Shown here piece after piece: positions 20,579-30,588 of a stretch of DNA of 64,000 bases. The notes under the pieces are model-generated. The model was not told the DNA's origin and searched no databases. It worked only from the letters and a program-made list of their open reading frames with translations. Location of the stretch: contig CAWAGQ010000004.1 in NCBI GenBank assembly GCA_963781585.1, forward strand, positions 1 through 64,000, in the 5' to 3' direction. Each line of letters begins with the position of its first letter. Position 1 is the first letter of the stretch. A program made the position numbers and the translations under genes. The stretch comes from an uncultured Gemmatimonadaceae bacterium (GTDB taxonomy: Bacteria > Gemmatimonadota > Gemmatimonadetes > Gemmatimonadales > Gemmatimonadaceae).

Positions 20579-21615
20579 ACGGGCGGCACCGCCTTGTAGT
20601 CGATCTGGTTGCGACGTCGCGCAACTGGGCCCTCCCGGCGGAGGGCGCGGCTCGTCTGCGGGCGGCGGCGCCTCCCGATTGGGACGTTATCGTCGCCACG
20701 ACACCAACGCTCTCGCACGGAGACGGCGGCCATCCTCCCACCGAGGAGGTCATGGCCGCCATCCCCGAGGCCGAGGTCTACTTCGGATTCGGCGTTGCCC
20801 GCGAGCTGTTTCTCGCCGCCCCGCGGCTCAGGTGGGTGCACTCCGCCGCCGCCGGTGTCTCCGGTCTGCTGTTCCCGGACATGCTCGCCAGCGAGGTGGC
20901 CGTTACCAACTCCGCCGGCGTGATGGGCGACCCGATTGCCGAACACGTCGTGGGCGGAGTGCTGTTCTTCGTGCGCAACCTCGACACGGCTGTCGCCCAG
21001 CAACGGCGCGGAGAATGGAACAAAGCCCCCTTCGTGGAGAGCGACTCCCAGGTCCGCGAGCTGGCGGAGTGCCGGGCCCTCATCATCGGAACGGGCGGCA
21101 TCGGTGGTGCCGTGGCCAGGCGGCTCTCCGCGTTCGGGTGCCGCTGCACCGGCGTGCGCCGGCGGACAGCGCTCGGTACGCCGGAGGGGTTCGGCCGCGT
21201 GGCCGCGGTCGAGCACCTGGACGCCGAGCTGCCGGAGGCGGACATCCTCGTCCTGGCGACGCCCCTCACACCCCTTACCCGCCAGATCCTCTCGGCGGCC
21301 CGGATGGATTGCCTTCCTGCCGGCGCAATCGTCGTGAATGTAGCTCGCGGTGCGCTCCTCGACGAAGGTGCACTGGCCGAGCGCCTGGCGGCCGGGCGGC
21401 TGCGCGGGGCCGTCCTCGACGTCTTCCAGCACGAGCCGCTGGTGCCGGGAAGCCCGCTCTGGCCGCTCACGAACGCCCTGATTACCCCTCACGTTGCGGC
21501 CGTCTCTCCCCGCATGTTCTGGAACCGTGAACTGGACCTGTTTCTGGACAACTGGGATCGGTATCGCGACGCGCGACCACTGCGAAATCACGTAGACAAG
21601 GACGCAGGTTACTGA
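20575..21615 (+). CDS. D-2-hydroxyacid dehydrogenase (NAD-binding)
   Basis: GTGGIG, NVARG, LDVFQHEPL, ITPHVA. Confidence 0.9.
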   Translation: MNGRHRLVVDLVATSRNWALPAEGAARLRAAAPPDWDVIVATTPTLSHGDGGHPPTEEVMAAIPEAEVYFGFGVARELFLAAPRLRWVHSAAAGVSGLLFPDMLASEVAVTNSAGVMGDPIAEHVVGGVLFFVRNLDTAVAQQRRGEWNKAPFVESDSQVRELAECRALIIGTGGIGGAVARRLSAFGCRCTGVRRRTALGTPEGFGRVAAVEHLDAELPEADILVLATPLTPLTRQILSAARMDCLPAGAIVVNVARGALLDEGALAERLAAGRLRGAVLDVFQHEPLVPGSPLWPLTNALITPHVAAVSPRMFWNRELDLFLDNWDRYRDARPLRNHVDKDAGY

Positions 21616-21618
21616 CTG

Positions 21619-22776
21619 ATGGAGAAAATCATCAAGGCAGCCATCGATCGTGGAGCGTCGGATCTCCATATCAAGGCCGGCGACGTCTTTCGGGCGCGCA
21701 TCAACGGCAAGCTGGTGGCCATGACCAAGCAGGCCCTGACTCCCGAGCAGACCCGCGCCATTGCCATGCGACTCATCTCCAACGAGAAAATCCGTGAGCG
21801 CATCGACCAGATGACGGACTACGATTGCTCGTGGGGAGCGCCCGGAATCGGCCGGTTCCGGGTGAACGTGCTGCGCCAGCGTTCGAGCTTCATGATCGTG
21901 ATGCGGGTCATCCCGTTCAAAGTCCCCGGCGTGGGCGACCTTCTCCTTCCGCCGGTCCTGGAGCGGATCGCCGAAGCGGAACGCGGCATGGTGCTCGTCA
22001 CCGGGGTCACCGGATCTGGCAAGTCGAGCACGCTGGCCGCCATGATCCGGCACGTCAACGAGACGATGGAGAAGCATGTCGTCACCCTCGAGGAGCCGAT
22101 CGAGTTCCTTCACCGCGACGTGCGCTCGTCGGTGACACAGCGCGAGGTCGGTGTCGATACCGAGAACTTCCGCATGGGGCTGAAGGCCGCCCTGCGGCAG
22201 GACCCCGACGTGATCGTGCTGGGGGAGCTGCGGGATTCGGAGACCGTAGATACGGCGCTGAAGGCTGCCGAAACCGGTCATCTCCTCCTCTCCACGCTGC
22301 ACACGCCCGATGCCCAGACGACCGTGTTGCGCGTCGTCTCCATGTTCCCCCCGGAAGAGCAGGACGTGGCGCGCCTCCGTCTCGCCGAGTCGCTGCACGC
22401 CGTGGTGTCGCAGCGACTGCTCCCGCGCGCCGACGGCAACGGCCGCGTGGTGGCCTGCGAGGTGATGCTCGTAACGCCGACCATTCGCGATCTCATCCTG
22501 CAGCAGCGCAGCGGCGAGATTCGCGATTTCATCGCGGAAGGGCGGGAACAGTACGGCATGCAGACCTTCGATCAGCATCTGGCCGATCTCGTCACGGCAG
22601 GCACCGTGTCATTCGATGTGGCCGTGACGGCGTCCACGCACCCGGCCGACTTCGAGCTGCAAATGAACATGTTCGGGAAGGGCGGCTCCGGTATCATGCC
22701 TTCGGTCGAGCTGGCGGGTACCGCCACCACGGGGGCGAGCGAGCGGAGTGGACGCGCATCGGGGCGTCGCCGATGA
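21619..22776 (+). CDS. pilT: PilT/PilU-family type IV pilus retraction ATPase
   Basis: ASDLHI, GVTGSGKSSTLAAM, LEEPIE, ALRQDPDVI, ETGHL..STLHT, GMQTFDQ. Confidence 0.88.
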   Translation: MEKIIKAAIDRGASDLHIKAGDVFRARINGKLVAMTKQALTPEQTRAIAMRLISNEKIRERIDQMTDYDCSWGAPGIGRFRVNVLRQRSSFMIVMRVIPFKVPGVGDLLLPPVLERIAEAERGMVLVTGVTGSGKSSTLAAMIRHVNETMEKHVVTLEEPIEFLHRDVRSSVTQREVGVDTENFRMGLKAALRQDPDVIVLGELRDSETVDTALKAAETGHLLLSTLHTPDAQTTVLRVVSMFPPEEQDVARLRLAESLHAVVSQRLLPRADGNGRVVACEVMLVTPTIRDLILQQRSGEIRDFIAEGREQYGMQTFDQHLADLVTAGTVSFDVAVTASTHPADFELQMNMFGKGGSGIMPSVELAGTATTGASERSGRASGRRR

Positions 22777-23672
22777 CCAGGTCGCTGACCGGGGTGATCG
22801 GGCCCCTCGTCACTCCCTTCGACGTCGACGCCGACCTCGACCTCGAGTCCTTCGAGGCCAATCTCCGGGCGCATCTCGCGGCCGGCCTCGACGGCGTCGT
22901 CGTCTGCGGCTCCACCGGAGAAGCGGCTTTCCTCGACGACGACGAGCGCGCAATTCTGGTTGACGTGGCGCGATCGGCCGTCCCGGACGACTCCTGGCTG
23001 ATCGTCGGCACGGGCGCCGAATCCACTCGTGCCTGCGTGCGCCGGTGCAAGGGCGCGGCATCGCGCGGCGCCGACGCGGTGCTCGTCGTGGCCCCGCACT
23101 ACTATGGGACGGCCATGACCGGCGAGGCACTCCGTGCCCACTACACGAGGGTCGCCGACGAGAGTCCGGTTCCGGTTCTGCTGTACAATATTCCCAAGTA
23201 CATGCACTTCCGACTGGAGCCGGATCTGGTACGACGCCTCGCCGAGCACCCGAACATCGTCGGCATGAAGGATTCGTCGGGAGACATGACGTATCTGGCG
23301 AGTTGCATGGCGTTCCAGGGAGATGCCTTCACGGTGCTCACCGGGAATGGCTCCACCTGGTCCACCGCGCTCTCCCTCGGTGCGCGTGGCGGCATCCTGG
23401 CGGTGGCCCTGTTCGCGCCGGAGTTGAGTCGCGAGGTCTGGCGCCACCATCAGGACGGACGGGCACAGGACGCCGACGAGACCCAACGCAAGCTTACCCC
23501 GCTGGCCACCGAGATCGTCGGGCGCATGGGGGTGGCCGGGGTGAAGGCGGCCATGGACCGCGTGGGCCTGATGGGCGGGCGCGTGCGGTTGCCCCTGCTG
23601 CCGCTCTCGGCCGCCGATGCGAGTCGGGTCGTCGAGTTGTTGCGGGACGCAAGCGTGGCACCAGTTGCCTAA
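22773..23672 (+). CDS. Dihydrodipicolinate synthase-family lyase
   Basis: VTPF, GSTGEA, LYNIP, GMKDSSGD (Schiff-base Lys). Confidence 0.9.
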   Translation: MTRSLTGVIGPLVTPFDVDADLDLESFEANLRAHLAAGLDGVVVCGSTGEAAFLDDDERAILVDVARSAVPDDSWLIVGTGAESTRACVRRCKGAASRGADAVLVVAPHYYGTAMTGEALRAHYTRVADESPVPVLLYNIPKYMHFRLEPDLVRRLAEHPNIVGMKDSSGDMTYLASCMAFQGDAFTVLTGNGSTWSTALSLGARGGILAVALFAPELSREVWRHHQDGRAQDADETQRKLTPLATEIVGRMGVAGVKAAMDRVGLMGGRVRLPLLPLSAADASRVVELLRDASVAPVA

Positions 23673-23770
23673 CGGCGGTCCGGGCGGCGGGGCCCGGAGG
23701 CTTTCCCGGGCGTCCTGAAACTCCGGCGCGGCGCGACGCGTATGGTCACGCGACCGCTCTCATTGGTGCC

Positions 23771-24265
23771 ATGGCCCCAATTCTGCTGACCGCCGCCGTC
23801 GTCCTGTCGCTGCTGCTGGTTCCAGTCGGTCTTCCCGGGACGTGGCTGATGATTGCCGCGGCGTTGACCTTCAACGCGTTCTCTCCCGCGAACCGGATCG
23901 GCTGGTTCGCCCTGACGGTCGCGATCGCACTCGCGTTCCTGGCGGAGGTCTTCGAGTGGACGCTGGCATCGCGGTTCGCGGCCAGGTACGGCGGCTCCAA
24001 GCGCGCCGGATGGGGGGCCTTCATCGGTGGCATCGTCGGCGCGTTGGTGGGTGTACCCCTTCCGTTGATCGGTTCGATGATCGGCGCATTCGTCGGCGCC
24101 TTCGCCGGCGCCCTGGTGGCGGAGTACACGCGCAGCGTGGCCAGCGGCGGCTCTGCCATGCGGGTGGCTACCGGCGCGCTCCTGGGTCGCATGACGGCCA
24201 CCGCGATGAAGATGGCCATCGCCTTCACAATTGCGGTTGTCATCGTGACCGCAGGGTGGATGTGA
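23771..24265 (+). CDS. DUF456-like membrane protein
   Basis: PVGLPGTWL, YGGSKRAGWGA, Gly-rich hydrophobic helices. Confidence 0.75.
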   Translation: MAPILLTAAVVLSLLLVPVGLPGTWLMIAAALTFNAFSPANRIGWFALTVAIALAFLAEVFEWTLASRFAARYGGSKRAGWGAFIGGIVGALVGVPLPLIGSMIGAFVGAFAGALVAEYTRSVASGGSAMRVATGALLGRMTATAMKMAIAFTIAVVIVTAGWM

Positions 24266-24334
24266 TCTGTCGGACCGTCGCCCCCTGATTGTCGTGCGCG
24301 ATTGACACCCGCCGTGCATCCGGTAGGTTTCGTC

Positions 24335-24368
24335 AACGCCCCGCGAGCGAACGTCGGGGCGTTTTTTT
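24335..24368 (+). terminator. Intrinsic terminator-like hairpin upstream of purA
   Basis: AACGCCCCG-11 nt-CGGGGCGTT, running into a 7-T tract. Confidence 0.7.
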
Positions 24369-24457
24369 GTGCGCCGGTCCGTCCGCACCCGCCCGCCTTT
24401 CCCGGGCGGGTGATTCTCTCCGCTTCCCGGACATCTGCCGCCGGATCTCAGCCCGTC

Positions 24458-25738
24458 ATGTTCGATTCCGCAACCCGGACCGTCGTGGTCGTCGGCGCCC
24501 AATGGGGCGACGAGGGAAAGGGAAAACTCGTCGATGTGCTCGCTGAGCGGGCGGACTGGGTGGTACGGTATCAGGGTGGAGCCAACGCCGGACACACGGT
24601 CGACATCGGCGATGCGTCGTTCGTGCTGCACCAGATTCCGAGCGGCATTCTGCACGCCGGTGTGCGCTGCGCCATCGGCAACGGTGTCGTCCTCGATCCC
24701 GAGACGCTGTTCACGGAAATCGACGAGTTGGTCAAGGACGGGGTCGATGTGGAGGGGCGCCTGTACGTCAGTGACCGCGCCCATCTGGTATTGCCATATC
24801 ACAAGCTCGTCGATGCGGAGAGCGCGGCAAGCCGGGCCATCGGAACGACCGGGCGCGGCATCGGTCCGGCGTACGAAGACAAGGTCGGGCGCCGAGGCGT
24901 GCGGGTGGCGGATCTCCGTCATCTCGATCGACTCGCTTCGCTCGTCGAGCTCGGGGTGGACCATGCCAACGCGCAGTTGCAGCGATTCGGCTCGTCCAGG
25001 CGGGCTGATGTCGGCGAGACACTGGACCGTTTGCGCGCAATCGCACCCCGATTGCTCACGATCGCCGAAGACGTGGGGCTGCTCATCTATCGCGCGATCC
25101 GGACGGGGACCGCGGTGCTGCTCGAGGGCGCCCAGGGCTCGCTCCTCGACATCGATCACGGCACGTACCCGTTCGTCACCTCCAGCAGCACCACGTCGGG
25201 TGGCGCCGCGACCGGCGTGGGACTCGCGCCCATGCGTATCCACGCGGCACTGGGCGTGGTGAAAGCCTACACGACGCGCGTGGGGAACGGCCCGCTTCCC
25301 ACCGAGTTCGACGAGTCCCTGGGCGATCGGGTCCGGCAGCTCGGCAATGAGTTTGGCGCCACCACCGGCCGCCCACGCCGGTGCGGGTGGTTCGACGCCG
25401 TGGTGGTCCGCTATGCCGTGCGGCTGAACGGACTGTCGGGACTCGCCGTCACCAAGCTCGATGTGCTCGACACGCTCGAGGAATTGTCGATCTGCACCGG
25501 GTACCGGTCGGGCGGTGAGCACATCGACGTCTTTCCCGCGGATATTGCCGCGCTGGACGACCTGCAGGCCGAATACGAGACGTTCGCCGGGTGGAAGACC
25601 CCGACCGGAGCGGCACGCCGACTGGCCGATCTCCCGATCGCGGCGCGCCGGTATCTGGAGCGCATCGAGTCGCTGGTCGAGGCGCCGATCCGGTACGTGA
25701 GCGTCGGCACCAGACGGGATCAGATCATTGAAGCCTGA
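24458..25738 (+). CDS. purA: Adenylosuccinate synthetase
   Basis: GAQWGDEGKGK, GGANAGHT, EGAQG, GTYPFVTSS, TTGRPRRCGWFD. Confidence 0.98.
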   Translation: MFDSATRTVVVVGAQWGDEGKGKLVDVLAERADWVVRYQGGANAGHTVDIGDASFVLHQIPSGILHAGVRCAIGNGVVLDPETLFTEIDELVKDGVDVEGRLYVSDRAHLVLPYHKLVDAESAASRAIGTTGRGIGPAYEDKVGRRGVRVADLRHLDRLASLVELGVDHANAQLQRFGSSRRADVGETLDRLRAIAPRLLTIAEDVGLLIYRAIRTGTAVLLEGAQGSLLDIDHGTYPFVTSSSTTSGGAATGVGLAPMRIHAALGVVKAYTTRVGNGPLPTEFDESLGDRVRQLGNEFGATTGRPRRCGWFDAVVVRYAVRLNGLSGLAVTKLDVLDTLEELSICTGYRSGGEHIDVFPADIAALDDLQAEYETFAGWKTPTGAARRLADLPIAARRYLERIESLVEAPIRYVSVGTRRDQIIEA

Positions 25739-25828
25739 CGCCACGCACGCCGCCGATCGGGTCGTACCGGCGCACCGGTCTTCCGGCCGGTGGCTTCCCC
25801 CGGGTGAGCCGGTCGCCAGGGGCTGGTC

Positions 25829-26857
25829 ATGACGGCGCCCACCCGGACCGATGCGGTCGTGGTGGGGGCGGGCCCGTGCGGGCTCGCCGCCGCCATCTCC
25901 CTCGAGCGCGCCGGATTCCCGACGCTGGTCTTCGACCGGGCCTGCGTGGTGAACAGCATCCTGCAATATCCCACCTATGCCACCTTCTTCTCGACCGCCG
26001 AGAAGCTGTCGTTAGGCGGACTGCCATTCATCATCCCCGGGGCCAAGCCGTCGCGGCGCGACGCCCTCGCGTACTACCGGGGCGTGGTGACATACTTCGG
26101 GCTCGCGGTGCACCAGTATGAGGCGGTGCGGGCGATCGAGCCGCGCGATGGGCACCTCGTGGTGCGCTCCGCGCGGCGAGACGGAATCGAGCGCCGTACC
26201 GAAGCCCCGACGGTGGTCGTCGCCACCGGGTACTGGGGGTCGCCGAACTACCTGCGCGTGCCGGGCGAGGACCTGCCACACGTGCGGCACACCTATCTCG
26301 AGGGCCATCATGCGTTCCAGCAGCCGGTGGTCGTCGTAGGGGGCGGCAACTCGGCCGCCGAGGCGGCGCTCGACCTCTGGCGCAGTGGCGCGCACGTAAC
26401 GCTGGTGCACTTCGGCGGCACGTTCGACAAGAAGATCAAGCCGTGGATCCTCCCCGATATCAATAACCGGATGGCCGAGGGAAGCATCGCAGTGCGATGG
26501 AACAGCCGGGTGACCTGCGTCGACCCTGACGCGGTGGTCATCCGCAATGCGGCCCACGAGGCCGAGCGAGTGCGCGCCGACCACGTCTACCTGCTTACCG
26601 GCTTTGCTCCCGAGGTGGGGCTGCTCGAGCAGGCCGGCGTCGGCATCGACACCAGGACCGGGATCCCCTTCCATGACCCTGCCACACTCGAAACCAACGT
26701 CCCGGGCCTCTTCGTTGCCGGTGTCGTGCTGGCCGGGTTCGACGCCAACAAGATTTTCATCGAGAACGGCCGTTTTCACGGCGACAAGATCGTCGCCCGT
26801 CTCCTGGGTCAGCCCGCCCCGGAAATTCCGCGTGTCAGCCGCGACCTGGACTCGTAG
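25829..26857 (+). CDS. YpdA-family FAD/NADPH oxidoreductase (putative bacillithiol disulfide reductase)
   Basis: [30 protein letters not shown]. Confidence 0.8.
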   Translation: MTAPTRTDAVVVGAGPCGLAAAISLERAGFPTLVFDRACVVNSILQYPTYATFFSTAEKLSLGGLPFIIPGAKPSRRDALAYYRGVVTYFGLAVHQYEAVRAIEPRDGHLVVRSARRDGIERRTEAPTVVVATGYWGSPNYLRVPGEDLPHVRHTYLEGHHAFQQPVVVVGGGNSAAEAALDLWRSGAHVTLVHFGGTFDKKIKPWILPDINNRMAEGSIAVRWNSRVTCVDPDAVVIRNAAHEAERVRADHVYLLTGFAPEVGLLEQAGVGIDTRTGIPFHDPATLETNVPGLFVAGVVLAGFDANKIFIENGRFHGDKIVARLLGQPAPEIPRVSRDLDS

Positions 26858-26943
26858 CGACGCCCGCGGTCACCCTCCGCCGACAGGCGCTCTCTCCCGC
26901 ACCCCCGCAGATCCGCCACTCCACCACTACCTGGTTCGTCGCC

Positions 26944-28314
26944 ATGCCCGCCGCGTCGCCGCATCCCGATGTCATGGACAAGCTCGTGTCGCTGTGCAAA
27001 CGGCGGGGCTTCATCTTCCAGTCGTCCGAGATCTACGGCGGCGCGGGGTCGGTCTGGGACTACGGCCCGCTCGGCGTGGAGCTGAAGCGGAACGTCAAGG
27101 AACGCTGGTGGCAGGCGCTGGTCCGTGCACGCGACGACATCGAAGGGCTCGACGCGGCGATCCTGATGCATCCGCGGGTGTGGGAAGCGAGCGGACACGT
27201 CTCGGGCTTCAACGATCCCCTCATCGACTGCAAGACCTGCAAGGCGCGGTTCCGCGCCGATCAGATCGACCAGGCACGATGCCCGCGCAAACCGAGCAAG
27301 CCGCCCGGTGAACACACCGAATGCCAACTCACCGAACCCCGCCAGTTCAACCTGATGTTCAAGACGTTCATCGGTCCGGTGGAGGACTCGGCGTCGGTGG
27401 CGTACCTCCGTCCCGAAACGGCACAGGGGATCTACGTCAACTTCCTCAACGTGCAGCAGGCCACGCGGCAGAAGGTCCCGTTCGGGATCGCCCAGATCGG
27501 GAAGGCGTTTCGCAACGAAATCACGCCCGGGAACTTCGTGTTCCGCACCCGCGAATTCGAGCAGATGGAAATGCAGTTCTTCGTCGATCCCGAACGGCCC
27601 TCGGGCGGTCGCACCGACATGGAATGGTTCGAGTACTGGAAGGAGCGGCGGCTGGCGTGGCACCAGGCGCTGGGGCTCGATCCCGAGAGGCTGCGGTTCC
27701 ACCAGCATACGGCCGACGAACTGGCGCACTATGCCCGCGCCGCCTTCGATGTCCAGTTCGACTTCGGCGGTTCGTTAGGCTTCCAGGAGATCGAGGGCGT
27801 CCACCACCGCGGCAACTACGACCTGACCCGGCACCAGGAGTATTCGGGCAAGAAGCTCGAGTACTTCGACCAGCCCAACAACCGGCGCTTCGTCCCGTTC
27901 GTGATCGAGACCTCGGTCGGAGCCGAGCGGACCCTGCTGGCCGTGCTTGTCAATGCCTATCGCGAGGAAGCCGTCCCGGGCGAGGAGGAAGGGCGGGTGG
28001 TGCTCGGCATTCATCGCGCGCTGGCGCCCGTCAAGGCGGGCGTGTTTCCGCTGGTGAAGAAGGACGGCATGCCCGAGTACGCCGGCAAGCTCACCGAATC
28101 CCTGCGGCCGCACCTGGCCGTGTTCTACGACGAATCCGGCGCCATCGGCCGGCGATACCGGCGGCAGGATGAAGTGGGCACGCCGTTCTGCCTGACGATC
28201 GATGGCCAGACGATGCAGGACGGCACGGTCACCGTCCGCGACCGCGACACGCTGGCGCAGGAGCGGATCGCGGCCGATCGTGCCCTCGCCTTCCTGCAGG
28301 AGCGGCTGTCGTAG
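26944..28314 (+). CDS. glyQS: Glycyl-tRNA synthetase, homodimeric alpha2 type
   Basis: [55 protein letters not shown]. Confidence 0.97.
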   Translation: MPAASPHPDVMDKLVSLCKRRGFIFQSSEIYGGAGSVWDYGPLGVELKRNVKERWWQALVRARDDIEGLDAAILMHPRVWEASGHVSGFNDPLIDCKTCKARFRADQIDQARCPRKPSKPPGEHTECQLTEPRQFNLMFKTFIGPVEDSASVAYLRPETAQGIYVNFLNVQQATRQKVPFGIAQIGKAFRNEITPGNFVFRTREFEQMEMQFFVDPERPSGGRTDMEWFEYWKERRLAWHQALGLDPERLRFHQHTADELAHYARAAFDVQFDFGGSLGFQEIEGVHHRGNYDLTRHQEYSGKKLEYFDQPNNRRFVPFVIETSVGAERTLLAVLVNAYREEAVPGEEEGRVVLGIHRALAPVKAGVFPLVKKDGMPEYAGKLTESLRPHLAVFYDESGAIGRRYRRQDEVGTPFCLTIDGQTMQDGTVTVRDRDTLAQERIAADRALAFLQERLS

Positions 28315-28380
28315 CGCGTCCCACCCGGTGCCGGGCTCGCCCGGCCTCCGGCTGACCCGTCCACCATTCACCCGAAGCCC

Positions 28381-29730
28381 GTGCACGAGACGTCCATCGA
28401 CTGGGAAGGCGCGCTCTGGGAGACGATCTCGCACCTCCAGACGCTCATCCGCATCGACACCGTCAACCCGCCGGGCAACGAGATGGGTCTCGCGCGCTAT
28501 CTCGACGACGTGCTGCGCGGCGCCGGCATCGCGACCACCCTGCTCGAACCCGGGCCCGGACGCGCCGCCCTGGTTGCGCGCATTCCGGGATCCGGTCGCA
28601 AGCCCGCGCTTCTCCTCCTCGCCCACATGGACGTCGTCGGCGTCGAGCGCGTCCGCTGGAGTATGAACCCGTTCGGCGGCGAAATCCTCGAAGGCCACCT
28701 GTACGGCCGCGGCGCCATTGACGACAAGGGCATGCTCGCGGTGAACCTCGAGACGATGCTCCTGGTGCAGCAGCACCTCGTGCGGGCGGGGCAGTCGCTC
28801 GATCGCGACCTGGTGCTGGTCGCAACGTCCGATGAGGAGACCGGAGGCGCCTTCGGAATCGACTGGCTGATCCAGGAGCATCCGGCCCTGCTCCAGGCCG
28901 AATACGCCCTCAATGAAGGTGGACGCATCCGCATCGTCGACGGGCGTCCAGCCTATTGTGCCGTCCAGTGCGCCGAGAAGGTGCCGCATCTCATCAGGGT
29001 CACCGCCCACGGACGCAGCGGACACGCGTCCGTGCCGCTGCCGGACAATCCGATTGCCAGGCTCGCTCGCGCGATTGCCGCGATCGCCGCCCACACCGAG
29101 CCGGTCCACCTGACGGAGATCACCCGGCAGTTCTTTGCCGGCCTGGCCGACATCTGGCCCGACGAACGGGAGCGCCGCGCCCTTGCCGACGTCGCGTCGA
29201 GCGATCCGGCTCGCCTGGTATCGGCGGCCGGCGTCCTGGCCGATCGCCCTCAGCTCAACGCCGTGCTGCGGAACGGCGTATCGCCCACCATGCTGTCCGG
29301 AGGCGTCCGCCCCAATGTCATTCCCGGTGAAGCCAGCGTCACACTCAACGTCCGTACGCTGCCCGGGGAATCGCTCGACGACGTGGTGCGACGACTCGGC
29401 GACGAGATCGGCGATCACGAAGTGGTCATGGAGGTGATCTCTCGCGGGCACGACGCGCCGCCGTCGCCGCTCGACTCGGCCCTGTTCGGTGCAATCCGGG
29501 ACTCGATCTCGGCGATCGACCCGGCAATCCGCACCATGCCCTACCTCAGTACCGGCGCCACCGACAGCGCCGCGCTTCGGCGCACCGGCGTGCAGGCATA
29601 CGGCCTGCTGCCGTTTCCTCTCACGCAGGACGACGAGGATCGCATGCACGGCAACGACGAGCGCGTGGCTGTGTCCTCGCTCAGCTTCGCGGTGCGTCTG
29701 ATGTTCGACGTGGTGCGCAGGCTCGACTGA
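28381..29730 (+). CDS. M20/M25/M40 family metallopeptidase
   Basis: AHMDVV, GRGAIDDKG, SDEETGG, GHAS, HGNDER. Confidence 0.92.
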   Translation: MHETSIDWEGALWETISHLQTLIRIDTVNPPGNEMGLARYLDDVLRGAGIATTLLEPGPGRAALVARIPGSGRKPALLLLAHMDVVGVERVRWSMNPFGGEILEGHLYGRGAIDDKGMLAVNLETMLLVQQHLVRAGQSLDRDLVLVATSDEETGGAFGIDWLIQEHPALLQAEYALNEGGRIRIVDGRPAYCAVQCAEKVPHLIRVTAHGRSGHASVPLPDNPIARLARAIAAIAAHTEPVHLTEITRQFFAGLADIWPDERERRALADVASSDPARLVSAAGVLADRPQLNAVLRNGVSPTMLSGGVRPNVIPGEASVTLNVRTLPGESLDDVVRRLGDEIGDHEVVMEVISRGHDAPPSPLDSALFGAIRDSISAIDPAIRTMPYLSTGATDSAALRRTGVQAYGLLPFPLTQDDEDRMHGNDERVAVSSLSFAVRLMFDVVRRLD

Positions 29731-29797
29731 AGCGGACCGGAATGGCGCGCCAATCGGGTCGCTTGGCCGGAATGTCTCACCAGCCCCCTGGTGGCGG

Positions 29798-30514
29798 ATG
29801 ATGACGCCCCCCGGCGAGCGCTCTGCACCACACGCGTCCACCGCACTGGTCACCGGAGCGTCCCGCGGCATCGGGCGCGCCATCGCGCTCCGTCTGTCGC
29901 GCGACTACCGGGTCATCGTGCTTGCCCGGGACCGCACCGGGCTCGACGAGGTGGCCGGAATCATTCGCGAGCGGGGCGGCGCCTGCGAGGTCGTGGTGGC
30001 CGATCTTGCCAGCGCCGATTCCATCTCACGCGCGTTGGCCGGGTGCGAACCCGACGTCCTCATCAACAACGCCGGTGTGGTGGGCAGGAAGCCGTTCCTC
30101 GAGCTCATGCCTCAGGAGTGGCACGAGATGGTGGACGTCAACCTGAATGCCCTCTATCACGTCACCCGTGCCGTACTGCCGGCGATGCTCGCTCGAGGCG
30201 CCGGTCACGTGATCAACATCGCGTCGATCGCCGGCCGCAGCGCCTTCATCGGCGGAACCTGCTACGCGGCGACCAAGCACGCGGTGCTCGGATTCAGCGA
30301 GTGTCTGATGCTCGAGACGCGCGAGATGGGCGTGAAGGTGTCGGTGATCATGCCCGGTTCCGTGGCGACCGATCCGGCGTTGCCCCCGGATCCCGACTGG
30401 AGACTCACCCCCGAGGACGTGGCCAACGCGGTCGCCGACGTGCTCGCCATGCCGAAGCACGTCCTGATCTACCAGGTGGAGGTACGCGCCGCGAACCCGC
30501 GGAAGACCCGCTGA
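29798..30514 (+). CDS. Short-chain dehydrogenase/reductase
   Basis: TGASRGIG, NNAG, YAATK. Confidence 0.93.
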   Translation: MMTPPGERSAPHASTALVTGASRGIGRAIALRLSRDYRVIVLARDRTGLDEVAGIIRERGGACEVVVADLASADSISRALAGCEPDVLINNAGVVGRKPFLELMPQEWHEMVDVNLNALYHVTRAVLPAMLARGAGHVINIASIAGRSAFIGGTCYAATKHAVLGFSECLMLETREMGVKVSVIMPGSVATDPALPPDPDWRLTPEDVANAVADVLAMPKHVLIYQVEVRAANPRKTR

Positions 30515-30588
30515 CACCGGCGCGCCGTGGGAGTGGCGCGGCGTCGCCTCTCACCCGCGACGCGACGCGTTGGTAGATTGCACGCCGC

